Shown piece after piece: positions 1 to 11,401 of a DNA stretch of 64,000 nucleotides (its first letter is position 1; every line of letters begins with the position of its first letter). The notes beneath the pieces are model-generated. The model searched no databases. It worked only from the letters and a program-made list of their open reading frames with translations, and was not told the origin of the DNA. A program made the translations under genes and the position numbers. The DNA lies in assembly GCA_965205485.1 (NCBI GenBank), contig OZ242180.1:1600001-1664000 (forward strand), read 5' to 3'. The stretch is from Candidatus Latescibacterota bacterium. Lineage in GTDB: Bacteria; Latescibacterota; UBA2968; GCA-2709665.

Positions 1-153
1 CCCGGCCCCTCAGTTGCGGGTAGACGTAAGAGGTAAGAGGGGAGAGATTGCCTGCCTTGTGAGGTTTCTTCTCGTGCCGGAGGCAACGAGGAATATCATA
101 CCCGGCAATGATCTCATCTACCGTCTTGCGTCTACCGTCTACCCGCCTCTCTT

Positions 154-1344
154 CTACCGCCTTACGTCTCCCGTCTCACCGACTTTAGCATGTACCGCCG
201 CCACAACCGCTTCGGCCGCTTCCTTCAGCTCGCGGGCGACGGTGAACTTCAAATCCGAGTTCTCCAGAATCCGCGCGCCTTCCTCGGCGTTGGTCCCCTG
301 CAGACGCACCACGACAGGCAGGTCTACCGAGAAATTCTCCAGCGCCTGGACCACACCCTCGGCGACCCGGTCGCAACGCACGATTCCGCCGAAAATGTTG
401 ATGAGTACGGCCTTGACGCCGGCGTCCGAAAGGAGGATACGGAAGGCGTTCTCGACCCGTTCCACGTTGGCCCCGCCGCCCACGTCCAGAAAATTGGCGG
501 GTGACGATCCCGCATATTTCACAATGTCCATGGTGGCCATGGCCAGACCGGCGCCGTTGACCATGCAACCAACCTCGCCGTCGAGCTTGATGTAGTTGAG
601 ATCGAATCCGGAGGCATCCACTTCCAGAGGGTCTTCCTCGTCGGTGTCGCGGAGTTCCCGAATGTCTCCGTGGCGGAAAAGCGCGTTGTCGTCGAAGTTC
701 ATCTTGGCGTCCAGGGCCACCAGGTTGCCGTCCGCGGTGACCACCAGGGGGTTGATCTCTGCCAGGGAACAGTCGGTGCCGACGTAGGCGGCAAATAGCC
801 GGTCGATGAACCGCACACCCTGTTTGAACGCATCGGATTCCAGGCCGAGTCCGAATGCCAGCCGGCGGGTCTGAAAGGGTTGAAGTCCGACCGCCGGGTC
901 GACGGTTTCCCTCAGGATCTTTTCAGGCGTCGCGGCAGCCACTTCCTCGATGTCCATGCCACCCTCACTGGAAGCCATGATGACCAGCCTGGACTGATCC
1001 CGGTCCAGCACCACGCCCAGGTAGAGTTCACGGGCGATATCGGTGGCGCTTTCTATCCACACCTGCTTGACGTTCTGCCCTTCAGGGCCTGTCTGAGGCG
1101 TGACCAGTTTCCTTCCGATCATGTTCCCGGCGTATCCATGGGCGTCGTCGGGGTCCTGAGCGATCTTGATTCCGCCGCCCTTGCCCCGTCCGCCGGCGTG
1201 GATCTGTGCCTTGACGACAACGGCGCCGCCGAGTTCGGCTGCCGCGCTTCGGGCCTCGTCGGCCGTTGTGGCGAGACGTCCGTCGGGGACGGGTACGTCA
1301 TACGACTTGAGGATTTCCTTGGCCTGGTATTCATGGATTTTCAT
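154..1344 (-). CDS. sucC: Succinate--CoA ligase (ADP-forming) beta subunit
   Basis: Starts MKIHEYQAKE at ATG 1344; motifs VVKAQIHAGGRGKGGG, EINPL, GCMVNGAGLAMATMD, NFLDVGGGA, NIFGGIVRCD. Confidence 0.97.
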   Translation of the reverse strand: MKIHEYQAKEILKSYDVPVPDGRLATTADEARSAAAELGGAVVVKAQIHAGGRGKGGGIKIAQDPDDAHGYAGNMIGRKLVTPQTGPEGQNVKQVWIESATDIARELYLGVVLDRDQSRLVIMASSEGGMDIEEVAAATPEKILRETVDPAVGLQPFQTRRLAFGLGLESDAFKQGVRFIDRLFAAYVGTDCSLAEINPLVVTADGNLVALDAKMNFDDNALFRHGDIRELRDTDEEDPLEVDASGFDLNYIKLDGEVGCMVNGAGLAMATMDIVKYAGSSPANFLDVGGGANVERVENAFRILLSDAGVKAVLINIFGGIVRCDRVAEGVVQALENFSVDLPVVVRLQGTNAEEGARILENSDLKFTVARELKEAAEAVVAAVHAKVGETGDVRR

Positions 1345-1388
1345 GGCGTCTCCTCTTGACGCTTCGCGTCGTGAACGCGGAGCGGGCA

Positions 1389-2963
1389 TTACCGTATCTC
1401 TCTCAGGTCCTCTCCCGTCATGGCCTCCGGTTTGCGAAGCCCCAGCACGCCCAGAAAGGTGGGCGCCACGTCGCAGAGCCGGCCGCTCTTCCGGAGCCTT
1501 CCGCGGAATGCCGGATCCACAAGAATCAACGGCGCGGGATTGGCCGTATGGGCGGTGTGGGGTTCACGGGTCCTCTGGTGAATCATCTGTTCGGCGTTGC
1601 CGTGGTCCGCGGTGACGATGGCGGCGCCCCCCACTTCGGCGATGGCTGTCAGGATCCGCCCCAGACACCCGTCTACGGTCGTCACCGCCTTGACCGCAGC
1701 ATCCAGGACACCGGTGTGGCCGACCATATCGGGGTTTGCGAAATTACAGATCGCGGCGTCGAAGCGCCGTGACCGGATGGCGTCGACGAATTTTCGAGTG
1801 ACGTCCCGCGCGCTCATTTCGGGCTTGTGGTCGTACGTCGGCACGTCCCTGGGAGAAGGGACGAGGATGCGGGTTTCGCCTTCGAAGGGTTCCTCGCGCT
1901 GGCCATTGAAAAAATACGTGACGTGCGCGTATTTCTCGGTTTCCGCGATGCGCAACTGCCGGAGCCCGGCATCGCTCAACGTCTTCCCGCATACGTCCGG
2001 CATATCCTGGGCCAGGTCTTCGGGCGAAAACGCGATTCCGTCCACGGGCAGGCCGGCTTCGTAACGCGTGAGGCAGGTATAGTGTACGGCGGGGTCGGCG
2101 GTCCGTTTGAACCCGTCGAAATCCGGCTGCACGAAGGCGCGTGTGATCTGACGTCCCCGGTCGCCCCGGAAATTGAAGCAGATCACGGAGTCGCCGTCAC
2201 CGACTGTCGCCGGAGGTCCCTCGCCGGCGCCGGCGATGACGATCGGCTTGACGAACTCGTCGGTCTCGTCTCGATCGTACGCGTCCTGAATGGCCTCCAG
2301 CGGGTCGCCCGCGCGCGTCCCCCGGCCGAGCGTCAGGGCATCGAAGGCCACGCGGACGCGGTCCCAGCGCCGGTCCCTGTCCATGGCGAAGTAGCGGCCG
2401 CAAACCGTGGCGATTCTGCCCACACCGGCCGCCCCGCACATTTCCCGGAAGGCGGCCAGAAGACGGAGACCGCTTGTGGGCGGCGTGTCACGCCCGTCGA
2501 GCCACGCGTGTACGCAGACCTGGTCAGGATTCAACCGGCGGCCGGCGGCTATTTTCAGCAGCGCGTTGTAGTGGTTGGGCCAGGAATGCACCCCGCCGTC
2601 GGACACAAGCCCGATCAGATGGAGGCGGCGATCGGTGCCGGCAACCCGGTCCATCGACGCGAGCAACGCTTCGTTTCGCGAGAAGCCGCCGTCCTTCACC
2701 CTGTCGTCGATCCGGGTGACGGCCTGCATCACGATACGTCCCGCGCCAAGGTTGAGATGCCCGACTTCGGAATTGCCGATCAATCCATCGGGCAGGCCGA
2801 CACTTCGTCCGCAGGTCCGGAGCGTCGTGGACGGGTGCGCCGCGCCAATGCGGTCCATCGTGGGCGTATCCGCCATCGCGACCGCGTTGTGGTCCACGCT
2901 GGGAGAAAGGCCCCATCCGTCGAGGATGATCAGGGCGGTAAAACGTCGTTCTGGACTGGACAT
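1389..2963 (-). CDS. gpmI: 2,3-bisphosphoglycerate-independent phosphoglycerate mutase
   Basis: ILDGWG, GNSEVGHLNLGAGR, AETEKYAHVTYFFNG, DMVGHTG, TADHGNAE. Confidence 0.96.
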   Translation of the reverse strand: MSSPERRFTALIILDGWGLSPSVDHNAVAMADTPTMDRIGAAHPSTTLRTCGRSVGLPDGLIGNSEVGHLNLGAGRIVMQAVTRIDDRVKDGGFSRNEALLASMDRVAGTDRRLHLIGLVSDGGVHSWPNHYNALLKIAAGRRLNPDQVCVHAWLDGRDTPPTSGLRLLAAFREMCGAAGVGRIATVCGRYFAMDRDRRWDRVRVAFDALTLGRGTRAGDPLEAIQDAYDRDETDEFVKPIVIAGAGEGPPATVGDGDSVICFNFRGDRGRQITRAFVQPDFDGFKRTADPAVHYTCLTRYEAGLPVDGIAFSPEDLAQDMPDVCGKTLSDAGLRQLRIAETEKYAHVTYFFNGQREEPFEGETRILVPSPRDVPTYDHKPEMSARDVTRKFVDAIRSRRFDAAICNFANPDMVGHTGVLDAAVKAVTTVDGCLGRILTAIAEVGGAAIVTADHGNAEQMIHQRTREPHTAHTANPAPLILVDPAFRGRLRKSGRLCDVAPTFLGVLGLRKPEAMTGEDLREIR

Positions 2964-3030
2964 TGCGGAGTCGGAAAATACGTTTTTGGCCTGTGAAAGG
3001 CAAGCCGAAACGGGAATGAAACGGGCCCGT

Positions 3031-3909
3031 TCAGGAAAGGTTCGGGGGAATGGTTTTTCTGAGAATGCGGTGGAAGGACCTTACGATAGGACGGGCGAAG
3101 GTCGTGCTGCGGCCTACGAGCGCGATCGGTCGGGAAAGCCCGGGTTCGGGGAAGCGAATCAGACCCGGGTCCGGAATGCCCAGCGCCCTGGCGATACCCA
3201 GCGGCACCAGCCCGTGGCCGAACCCGCACCTGGCCATCTGCGCGATGCCCGCGAACGATTGCAGGGTCTGTTCGGTCTCGATGCGGATGTTCCATTTAAC
3301 CGAGAGCGCCCTGATGCGCGGTTCCAGGTGAACCCAGGTCGCGGCATGGGGTTCGATGGTGATTACGGGAAGCGTTGTATCGCGGCGAAGTTTAAAAGGC
3401 TCCAGTCCCGAGGGAACCAGGACCATGGGCTCGTCCACGAGAGGCTCCGACTTGACATCGGCGCTGTATTCCCCCCGGTCGGCGCACAGCGCGAGCATGT
3501 ATTCCCCCGATCGAACGTGGTCGATGGCAACGGGGCTTCTGTGGGCGTTGATGACGAGTTCCAGCTGCGGGACGGCCTGCGCGACGCCGGCCAGAACGCG
3601 TGAACCCCATGAGGAAAGTATGGACTCTGAGATGCCGATCACAAGGCGGCTGGCCTGAACGGGGGACTCGTCCGCAACCGCTTCCTTCAGGGCGGCCATG
3701 AACGGCGCCGTCTTTTCCAGCAACTGGATGCCCGCGGCCGTGAGCCGGACGCGCCTGCCAACGGGTTCGATGAGTTTCCGCCCGAGCGCGCTTTCGAGCG
3801 CGTCGATGCGTTTGCTGACGGCCGACTGCGAGATGCGCAGCCGGGTGCCCGCCTTTGTCATGGTGCCGGTTTCGGAAAGCGCGGCCAGGGTTTCGATGTT
3901 CTCGATCAT
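3031..3909 (-). CDS. LysR-family transcriptional regulator
   Basis: N-terminal HTH (TMTKAGTRLRISQSAVSKRIDALESALG...RLTAAG), 292 aa. Confidence 0.9.
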   Translation of the reverse strand: MIENIETLAALSETGTMTKAGTRLRISQSAVSKRIDALESALGRKLIEPVGRRVRLTAAGIQLLEKTAPFMAALKEAVADESPVQASRLVIGISESILSSWGSRVLAGVAQAVPQLELVINAHRSPVAIDHVRSGEYMLALCADRGEYSADVKSEPLVDEPMVLVPSGLEPFKLRRDTTLPVITIEPHAATWVHLEPRIRALSVKWNIRIETEQTLQSFAGIAQMARCGFGHGLVPLGIARALGIPDPGLIRFPEPGLSRPIALVGRSTTFARPIVRSFHRILRKTIPPNLS

Positions 3910-3990
3910 ATCTCAACGTCCTCGGTATGCGGTTCCCGTCATTCGCCCGCCCCGCCAGGCAGCACACCTGCCTTTTATCCAGCTCCAACC

Positions 3991-4058
3991 TATTCCTTCT
4001 TGGAATATAATCTATAACAATGATTCGCTTTTGTATGGTATTGAATTTAGCTAAATTC
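3991..4058. promoter_or_regulatory. Candidate operators in the LysR/acnA divergent region
   Basis: TATTCC-N5-GGAATA dyad (3991-4007, contains T-N11-A) and perfect 16-bp palindrome GAATTTAGCTAAATTC (4043-4058) in AT-rich DNA. Confidence 0.5.
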
Positions 4059-4210
4059 GATACGCATGTAAAGTGGGAACCCCGTAATTTCAGAAGCCGA
4101 TGATTCCTTCCGCCGACAACTCCGACAGCCTCATCCACCGGATCGATTCCCACTTGCGGACTTAAGAACATATAATATATTATTTAAGCATCCCTTTGAT
4201 TCGCGCGACC

Positions 4211-4380
4211 TACCCCCTGACCCCCTTCCTGAAGGAAGGGGGAACATGGGTTGATCGTATTGGGTTCGCGAATGTGCCTGCATGGTATTCTCCCGTCAAT
4301 GCGGGTGTTTCTGGACGACCAGCACGCAATCCCCGGTTTTCCACCCCCTTTCCTTTAGGAGAGGGGGCCGGGGGGAGAGG
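4211..4380. repeat. C/G-run REP-like element
   Basis: CCCCTTTCCTTTAGGAGAGGGGGCCGGGGGGAGAGG recurs inverted and near-identical at ~49470-49520; related copy at ~24015-24052. Confidence 0.7.
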
Positions 4381-4436
4381 TCTGCGGGGCTGGGAAGAGG
4401 GGTTGCTTTTGACTTTGCCTTTCGCCTTTGATCTTT

Positions 4437-4474
4437 GCTGACAGCTGACAGCTGACGGCTGATCGCTGACAGCT
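4437..4474. repeat. GCTGAYR-type heptamer tandem repeat
   Basis: gctgaca gctgaca gctgacg gctgatc gctgaca; shorter copies at 31640, 43248 (inverted) and 57843 (inverted). Confidence 0.8.
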
Positions 4475-4492
4475 TCTTTCAGGATTTTCGCC

Positions 4493-7192
4493 ATGACCAA
4501 TATCAAGGATCCCTTCGGCCTGCGCGACCGGTTGCCCACGGCCGGCGGCGACGTGTGGATCTATCGTCTGGATCGTCTGGAAGCGGACGGCGTCGGCGCG
4601 GTTTCGCGATTGCCCTTCACCATAAAGGTGCTGCTGGAGGCCGCGTTGCGGAATCTGGACGGATATCTGGTGTCCGAAGACGATGCGGCGGGGTTGGCCG
4701 GATGGGATGCCGAGTCGCCCGCGCACGCGGAGGTGCCTTTCATGCCGGCGCGCGTGGTATTGCAGGATTTCACAGGCGTGCCCTCCCTGGTCGACCTGGC
4801 CGCGCTGCGTTCAGCCATGGCGCGGATGGGAAAGGACCCGAAACGCATCGAGCCGCGGATTCCCGCCGACCTGGTGATCGACCATTCGGTGCAGGTTGAC
4901 CGTTTTGCGCGCCACGACGCGCTGCGCATCAACGCGGAGATCGAATTCGAACGGAACCGCGAGCGATATGAGTTCCTGAGGTGGGGGGCCAATGCGTTCG
5001 AGAAGTTCAAGGTCGTGCCGCCCGCCACGGGAATCGTGCACCAGGTGAACCTGGAATACCTCGCGAAGGGCGTCATGCGCCAGCGAGGCGTGGCCTTTCC
5101 GGACAGCCTTGTGGGAACGGACTCGCATACCACAATGATCAACGGCCTGGGCGTACTGGGCTGGGGCGTCGGCGGAATCGAGGCCGAGGCGGTCATGTTA
5201 GGTCAGCCAATCTACATGGCCACGCCCGAGGTGGTGGGCTTCAAGCTGTACGGCAGCCTGCCCGACGGCGCGACCGCCACGGACCTCGCGCTGACCGTCA
5301 CGCAGATGCTGCGCGCAAAAGGCGTGGTGGGCAAGTTCGTCGAGTTCTACGGTACGGGACTGTCCGGCATCAGCCTCGCCGACCGCGCAACCATTGCGAA
5401 TATGGCGCCTGAATACGGCGCTACCGTGGGTTTCTTTCCTGTCGACGCGGAAACGTTGCGGTACCTGGAACGCACCGCGAGGTCGGAAGAGGAGGTGGAC
5501 CTGGTGGCGCGGTATACCCGGGCGCAGGGACTGTTCCGAACGGACGAAACGCCCGAACCGGCATTTACGGAAACGCTCGAGATGGACCTGGGCACGGTGG
5601 AGCCGAGTCTGGCCGGGCCGAAACGGCCGCAGGACCGGGTGCCGCTGGACGCTATGAAGCGGGGTTTCGACCACGCATTGACGTCACCCGTCGGTCTCAA
5701 CGGTTTCGGCGTGGACGAGGCCGGTCGAGGGAAGAAGCTGACCGTGGCGGCCAACGGCCGGGCCGAGATCGGACACGGCGCGGTGGTGATCGCGGCCATT
5801 ACCAGCTGCACGAACACGAGCAATCCCTCGGTGATGGTAGGAGCGGGGCTTCTCGCCAGGAAGGCGGTGGAACGGGGCCTGACGGTGCCCTCGTACGTAA
5901 AAACGAGCCTGGCGCCGGGGTCGCGCGTGGTCACGGATTACCTGAATGCGGCCGGGCTGACGCCCTACCTGGAACGCCTCGGATTCCACACGGTCGGATA
6001 TGGATGTACCACCTGCATCGGCAACAGCGGTCCATTGCCGGAACCCGTGGTGGCCGCGATCGATGAAGGCGACCTGGTGGCCGCATCGGTCCTTTCGGGC
6101 AACCGGAACTTCGAAGGCCGGGTGAACCCGCACGTCAAGGCCAACTATCTCGCGTCTCCGCCCCTGGTGGTGGCGTACGCGCTTGCGGGCAGGGTGGACG
6201 TGGACCTGGCCTGCGAGCCCCTGGGAGAGGATGCCGACGGAAATCCGGTTTCCCTCAGGGACATCTGGCCCACACAGGAGGAAATCTCGGATACCATAGC
6301 GCAGGCATTGAAGCCCGAGATGTTCGAAACGCAGTACAGCAACGTATTCGACGGCAATGAAACCTGGAACGCCATCGCAGGGCAGGAATCGGCGCTCTAT
6401 TCATGGGATGGGGACAGCACCTACGTGCAGGAGCCGCCCTTCTTCACGGATCTGACCGAAGAGCCCGCGCCCGTTCGGGAGATTCGCGGCGCACGGGTTC
6501 TGGTGATGCTGGGAGATTCGGTGACGACCGACCACATTTCACCCGCGGGCAGTATTGCGGTGGACAGTCCGGCGGGAAGGTACCTCATCGAATGCGGAGT
6601 GGCGCCGAAGGACTTCAACTCGTACGGCTCCCGGCGAGGCAATCACGAAGTGATGGTGCGGGGCACGTTCGCGAATATACGCATCCGCAATCATCTGGCG
6701 CCGGGGACCGAGGGCGGCGTCACCGTCCATCTGCCCGATGGGGAACAGATGCCGATTTATGACGCGGCGGTACGTTACGCGCAGGAGGGCGTGCCGCTGG
6801 TCGTCCTGGCCGGCAAGGAATACGGCGCGGGATCGTCGCGGGACTGGGCGGCCAAGGGGCCGGCGCTGCAGGGGGTGAGGGCCGCGATCGCGGAGAGTTA
6901 CGAGCGGATTCATCGCAGCAATCTGGTGGGGATGGGCGTGCTTCCGCTGCAGTACAAGTCCGGTGAAAGCGCGGCGGCGCTGGGGCTCACCGGGAGAGAG
7001 ACGTTCAACATCGAGGGGATTGGAAACGACCTGCGCCCGCTGCAGAACGCAACGGTGACCGCGACGTCGGAAGACGGCGCCGTGACGACGTTTGCCGCCA
7101 CGGTGCGTATCGATACCCCCGTGGAAATCGACTACTATCGGAACGGAGGCATTCTGCACACCGTTCTCAGGAATTTCCTTAAGGAGTCGTGA
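4493..7192 (+). CDS. acnA: Aconitate hydratase A
   Basis: [64 protein letters not shown]. Confidence 0.97.
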   Translation: MTNIKDPFGLRDRLPTAGGDVWIYRLDRLEADGVGAVSRLPFTIKVLLEAALRNLDGYLVSEDDAAGLAGWDAESPAHAEVPFMPARVVLQDFTGVPSLVDLAALRSAMARMGKDPKRIEPRIPADLVIDHSVQVDRFARHDALRINAEIEFERNRERYEFLRWGANAFEKFKVVPPATGIVHQVNLEYLAKGVMRQRGVAFPDSLVGTDSHTTMINGLGVLGWGVGGIEAEAVMLGQPIYMATPEVVGFKLYGSLPDGATATDLALTVTQMLRAKGVVGKFVEFYGTGLSGISLADRATIANMAPEYGATVGFFPVDAETLRYLERTARSEEEVDLVARYTRAQGLFRTDETPEPAFTETLEMDLGTVEPSLAGPKRPQDRVPLDAMKRGFDHALTSPVGLNGFGVDEAGRGKKLTVAANGRAEIGHGAVVIAAITSCTNTSNPSVMVGAGLLARKAVERGLTVPSYVKTSLAPGSRVVTDYLNAAGLTPYLERLGFHTVGYGCTTCIGNSGPLPEPVVAAIDEGDLVAASVLSGNRNFEGRVNPHVKANYLASPPLVVAYALAGRVDVDLACEPLGEDADGNPVSLRDIWPTQEEISDTIAQALKPEMFETQYSNVFDGNETWNAIAGQESALYSWDGDSTYVQEPPFFTDLTEEPAPVREIRGARVLVMLGDSVTTDHISPAGSIAVDSPAGRYLIECGVAPKDFNSYGSRRGNHEVMVRGTFANIRIRNHLAPGTEGGVTVHLPDGEQMPIYDAAVRYAQEGVPLVVLAGKEYGAGSSRDWAAKGPALQGVRAAIAESYERIHRSNLVGMGVLPLQYKSGESAAALGLTGRETFNIEGIGNDLRPLQNATVTATSEDGAVTTFAATVRIDTPVEIDYYRNGGILHTVLRNFLKES

Positions 7193-7241
7193 TCTGCGGG
7201 CTCGGACCGGAGAAAAACAGGCTCTCTATCCGGCGGATCAC

Positions 7242-7283
7242 AAAAAAGAGACCGGGTCCTTTCAGGTACCCGGCCGTGTTTTT
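7242..7283. terminator. Probable bidirectional intrinsic terminator between acnA and mdh
   Basis: A-run, imperfect CCGGGT...ACCCGG hairpin, then T-run, between convergent genes. Confidence 0.55.
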
Positions 7284-7316
7284 AAGTACTGATAATCAGT
7301 ACCAAGTAGGCTGTTC

Positions 7317-8240
7317 TTAGAAGTTGAGCTTCCCCACGCTGGACCTGACGGCCTCCGCGGATGAATGAAACGCATTCCGTTCATCCGGTGTGAGGCCGAT
7401 TTCGATGATTTCCTCTACGCCGGAAGCGCCCAGCTTGACGGGAACGCCCATAAACAGATTCTGGACGCCGTATTGGCCGGTGAGCCAGGCGGCGCAGGGA
7501 AGGATACGCTTCTTGTCCCGAACAATGGCCGCCACCATTTCGGCAATGGCGGAAGCGGGTGCGTAGAAGGCGCTGCCCGTCTTGAGGTGTGCGACAATTT
7601 CGGCGCCGCCGTTCCGGGTGCGTTCCACCAGCCGTTCGATGACGGCTTCGTCAAGCAGTTCGAACAGCGGAATGCCGGCCACGGACGAGTAACGGGGCAG
7701 AGGCACCATGGAATCCCCGTGGCCCCCCAGCACGAAGGCGGTGACGTCTTCCACGGAAACATCCAGTTCATCCGCGATGAAATAACGAAAACGCGCGGAA
7801 TCCAAAATGCCCGCCATGCCAACGACACGTGCAGGCGAAAACTCCGTAACTTTCAGCGCCACGTAAGCCATTGCATCAAGGGGATTCGTCACCACGATAA
7901 CAATGGCGTCGGGCGCTGTTTCTTTGACGCGTTCGCAGACCGAACCGACGATATCCGCGTTCGTCGTCAGCAGGTCGTCGCGGGTCATGCCGGGCTTTCG
8001 CGCCAGCCCCGCGGTAACGACCACGATGTCCGATCCGGACAGGCTTCCGGAATCGCTTGAACCCGCAACCCGGGTATCGAAGCGGTCAACCGGCGCCGCC
8101 TCGGCCAGGTCCAGAGCCTTACCCTCTGGAATGCCCTCGGCGACGTCGAGCAGAATCAGTTCGCGGGCGAGCTCCCGTTCGGCGATATGCTGAGCGGCGG
8201 TCGCTCCCACGTTGCCGGCGCCAACCACTGAGATCTTCAA
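7317..8240 (-). CDS. mdh: Malate dehydrogenase (LDH-like)
   Basis: [42 protein letters not shown] start. Confidence 0.95.
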   Translation of the reverse strand: MKISVVGAGNVGATAAQHIAERELARELILLDVAEGIPEGKALDLAEAAPVDRFDTRVAGSSDSGSLSGSDIVVVTAGLARKPGMTRDDLLTTNADIVGSVCERVKETAPDAIVIVVTNPLDAMAYVALKVTEFSPARVVGMAGILDSARFRYFIADELDVSVEDVTAFVLGGHGDSMVPLPRYSSVAGIPLFELLDEAVIERLVERTRNGGAEIVAHLKTGSAFYAPASAIAEMVAAIVRDKKRILPCAAWLTGQYGVQNLFMGVPVKLGASGVEEIIEIGLTPDERNAFHSSAEAVRSSVGKLNF

Positions 8241-8247
8241 TACCGGG

Positions 8248-8508
8248 CTACTCCGCCCTTCGGTGAACGCTGACCTTCTTCCGGTGCTTGTTCATGTTCT
8301 GGAAGGTCACGATGCCGTCGACCAGGGCAAAAAGCGAATCGTCTTTGGCGCGCCTTACCATGTCTCCCGGATGGATCCGCGTGCCGCGCTGTCGGACGAT
8401 GATACTGCCCGCGGTGACAAACTCACCGCCGAAGACTTTGACGCCCAGGCGCTGTCCGCGGCTGTCGCGGCCGTTACGGGAACTTCCGACCCCTTTTTTG
8501 TGGGCCAT
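8248..8508 (-). CDS. rpmA: 50S ribosomal protein L27
   Basis: [16 protein letters not shown]...RLGVK...IIVRQRGT. Confidence 0.98.
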   Translation of the reverse strand: MAHKKGVGSSRNGRDSRGQRLGVKVFGGEFVTAGSIIVRQRGTRIHPGDMVRRAKDDSLFALVDGIVTFQNMNKHRKKVSVHRRAE

Positions 8509-8574
8509 ACGGATACCCTCCTCCCCTGCCTCGTGCGGATCGGCGAAAACCCCGATACCGCGGCAGGAGCCATT

Positions 8575-8886
8575 TTATGCCGAGATGCCGTCGATCCGGA
8601 GTTCCGTATAGGGCTGCCGGTGGCCGTTCTTCCGCCGGTAGCCCTTTCGGCGTTTCATTTTAAAGACTGTGATTTTGTCGTGCTTTCCGTGCCCCAGGAC
8701 GCTGGCTTCTACGGCGGCCCCGTCGACCTGCGGCCTGCCGACGCTGGTTTCGCCGTCTTTGGATACCAGCAGTACGCGATCCAGGGTAAGCGATTCTCCG
8801 GCTTCGGCCTTCAGGCGGGAGACGCGAATGCGGTCTCCTTCCTGAACCTTGACCTGTTGACCGGCGACTTCCACTACGGCGTACAT
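8575..8886 (-). CDS. rplU: 50S ribosomal protein L21
   Basis: MYAVVEVAGQQ...KRRKGYRRKNGHRQPYT; start trimmed to ATG 8886. Confidence 0.97.
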   Translation of the reverse strand: MYAVVEVAGQQVKVQEGDRIRVSRLKAEAGESLTLDRVLLVSKDGETSVGRPQVDGAAVEASVLGHGKHDKITVFKMKRRKGYRRKNGHRQPYTELRIDGISA

Positions 8887-8973
8887 GAAAAAACCTCCAC
8901 AATTCGGATTGGCGCATCCGGCCGTTTCAAGCGCGAAACGGGCCGAAAACGGTAACAAAGACGGGAGGTTTTG

Positions 8974-10536
8974 TCAAGTTTTAAATTTGTCGGTAATGTC
9001 CAGGTTTCGCTTACGGGAAACCATCCGGTACGCGTCAACGGACAGGTCGGGATCGTTCTCCACGCTCAGCCAGACGCGGGTGGATCGACGCAGCCTCTTG
9101 AGGCGTTCGCGGCGGTTTTCGAGGATGAAGTCTCCCACCGTGGGGTTGACGTGTACGGTAAGCCTGCGTTCCACCGAGGCGGCCCGGGACCGCTTGAGCC
9201 ACCGCTCGATGCGCGCGAGCGTGGACTCCCGGCTGGGCACGCGCCCGCTGCCGTGACAGTCCGGACAGGTCTCGCTGAAGGTGAACATAAGGCTCGGGCG
9301 AACCCGCTGCCGCGTCATCTCCATAAGGCCGAACTCGCTGATCTCCGAGAAACGGGGCCTGGACCGGTCCCGGCGCACGGCCTGCCGGAATTCATTCTCT
9401 ACCTTCTTGCGGTTCTGGGTGACGGCCATGTCGATGAAATCGATCACGATGATGCCCCCGATATCGCGCAGGCGAAGCTGGCGCGCGATCTCCCTGGCGG
9501 CCTCGAGGTTGATTTTCAGTACGTTTTCTTCCTGATTCGACCGGCCCACGAATCGGCCGCTGTTCACGTCGATGGCAAACAGGGCCTCGGTGTGGTCCAG
9601 AACCAGGTATCCGCCGCCCTTCAGCCAGACCTTGCGGTCAGAACATTTCTCGATTTCACTTTCAACACCGAATGCGTCGAAGACGGGCGTGCTGTCTCTG
9701 TGGTATTCCACACGTTCCCGAAGATGGGGCGAAGTCGATTTAAGATATGCCAGTATCTTCTTGTATTCCTGCTTTGCGTCGACCACAAGACGGTCCACGT
9801 CGTCGGTAAACAGATCGCGTATGAGACTCGACGTCATGCCCATTTCTTTGTGCAATATGCTGGCCGGATCGGCGACCCTGTACTGTTTCTGAATGCGCGA
9901 CCAGGCGTTCATCAACTGCTTCAGGTCCCGCACCATCTCCCGGTCGCCCTTGCCGGAGGCTTCGGTCCGCACGATGATGCCGTAACCTTCGGGGCGTATG
10001 TCTCGCCCGAGATCCTTCAGCCTCCGTTTTTCGGGTATGTTGGTGATCTTCCGGGAAACGCCCACCTTCTCCCCGTTGGGCACCAGCACCATGAACCGGC
10101 CCGGCAGGGAGGGTACCGCCGTAACCCTGGGGCCCTTCGTGCCAATGGGTTCCTTCTTGACCTGAACGAGGACCTCCTGGCCCTTCTGGATGAGTTCTTC
10201 TATGGGGATGACCGATTTGCCGTTTACGTGGGTTCGCGTGTCGATTTCCTCAAGGGTTTCATCGTTCAGTCCCACCATCGAACCGGGCGAACCGGGCATG
10301 TCCGAGGCGTGCAGAAAAGCGCTTTTTTCAAGCCCGATATCCACAAATGCGGCCTGCATTCCGGGAAGCACCGCGGAAACGGTTCCCTTGTAGATATCGC
10401 CCACCATGCGCTCGTTCTCGGCGCATTCGACGAGTATTTCCACCAGCTTTCCATCTTCCAGAACGGCAATTCTTGAATCGTGCGACCCTACGTTGATTAC
10501 GATTTCGTTCTTCACTCTCACCTGACCCTTCGTCAT
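8974..10536 (-). CDS. rng: Rne/Rng family ribonuclease (RNase G-sized)
   Basis: S1 domain (GDIYKG...LPGMQAAFVDIG), IDVNSG, RQLRLRDIGGIIVIDFIDM, CPDCHGSG. Confidence 0.92.
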   Translation of the reverse strand: MTKGQVRVKNEIVINVGSHDSRIAVLEDGKLVEILVECAENERMVGDIYKGTVSAVLPGMQAAFVDIGLEKSAFLHASDMPGSPGSMVGLNDETLEEIDTRTHVNGKSVIPIEELIQKGQEVLVQVKKEPIGTKGPRVTAVPSLPGRFMVLVPNGEKVGVSRKITNIPEKRRLKDLGRDIRPEGYGIIVRTEASGKGDREMVRDLKQLMNAWSRIQKQYRVADPASILHKEMGMTSSLIRDLFTDDVDRLVVDAKQEYKKILAYLKSTSPHLRERVEYHRDSTPVFDAFGVESEIEKCSDRKVWLKGGGYLVLDHTEALFAIDVNSGRFVGRSNQEENVLKINLEAAREIARQLRLRDIGGIIVIDFIDMAVTQNRKKVENEFRQAVRRDRSRPRFSEISEFGLMEMTRQRVRPSLMFTFSETCPDCHGSGRVPSRESTLARIERWLKRSRAASVERRLTVHVNPTVGDFILENRRERLKRLRRSTRVWLSVENDPDLSVDAYRMVSRKRNLDITDKFKT

Positions 10537-10663
10537 TTATATACATCTTATATTATTTTTTGTTACACAAATGTAACAAAAACGCGTACTATAGGCAAGG
10601 AAATTGTTCCGGCGCAGTGACATATGCGCGACATCGGGTCGTTCGAACAGTGTGTCGAGACCC

Positions 10664-11401
10664 CTACTCTGCAACGACCCGCCTTGGAAAGATCGTGATC
10701 TCCTCGACGATCGCGCGGCCGGGCAACTGCGCGACCATCAGCGCGGCGGCGGCGATATCTTCCGGCGGGAGCGCGGCCGCCCGTTTCTCGTCGGAGACAG
10801 GATTGGGGCGAAGATCCAGGATGGGCGTGTCGACCTCCCCGGGAAAGATGCAGCACGCCCGGATGCCGGTCTCTCGGAACTCCGCGTTGATGGACTGGTT
10901 CAGGGCGGCCATTCCGAACTTGGACGCACAATAGGCAACGCCCGCGATCATGCCGGACCGCTTCCCGGCCATGGAAGAGATATTGATGACCAGCCCGTCG
11001 CCCTGTTTCTCCATGTGCGGCATGACGGCCCGGAATGCATTGAAGGCGCCGGTGAGATTGATGTCGACCACGCGGTCCCAGTCCTCGTCGGATATGTCTC
11101 TAAGGCCGCGCTGCAGGGTGTTGATGCCGGCGTTGTTTACCAGGATATCGATTCGCCCGAAATGCTCGACGGTCTGGTCCGAGAGGGACTTGACGGAGTC
11201 CCTGCAGGTTACGTCGGCCTGTACGCACAGCTTCTCCGTCCGTGAATTGCGCACGGACCCGGCGGTTTCTTCCAGCACGTCGGCGCGGCGGCCGGCGAGG
11301 ACGCAATTCATGCCTGCATTGCTGAAGGCAACGGCGATGGCGCGGCCGATGCCCGTGCCCGCACCGGTGATAATGGCGGTTTTGACGTGAGTATCCGTCA
11401 T
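10664..11401 (-). CDS. SDR-family NAD(P)-dependent oxidoreductase
   Basis: TGAGTGIG, DILVNNAG, YCASK; start trimmed to MTDTHVK. Confidence 0.92.
   Translation of the reverse strand: MTDTHVKTAIITGAGTGIGRAIAVAFSNAGMNCVLAGRRADVLEETAGSVRNSRTEKLCVQADVTCRDSVKSLSDQTVEHFGRIDILVNNAGINTLQRGLRDISDEDWDRVVDINLTGAFNAFRAVMPHMEKQGDGLVINISSMAGKRSGMIAGVAYCASKFGMAALNQSINAEFRETGIRACCIFPGEVDTPILDLRPNPVSDEKRAAALPPEDIAAAALMVAQLPGRAIVEEITIFPRRVVAE

Noticed and set aside
15..175. Short repeats (GTAAGAG, TCTACCG) after sucC as a regulatory RNA
   Set aside because: Same style as other heptamer runs and cut by the window edge; no further support.
8971..10476. 501-aa plus-strand ORF and similar long antisense ORFs (27176-28696, 39543-40784)
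   Set aside because: Shadows of well-supported genes on the opposite strand.
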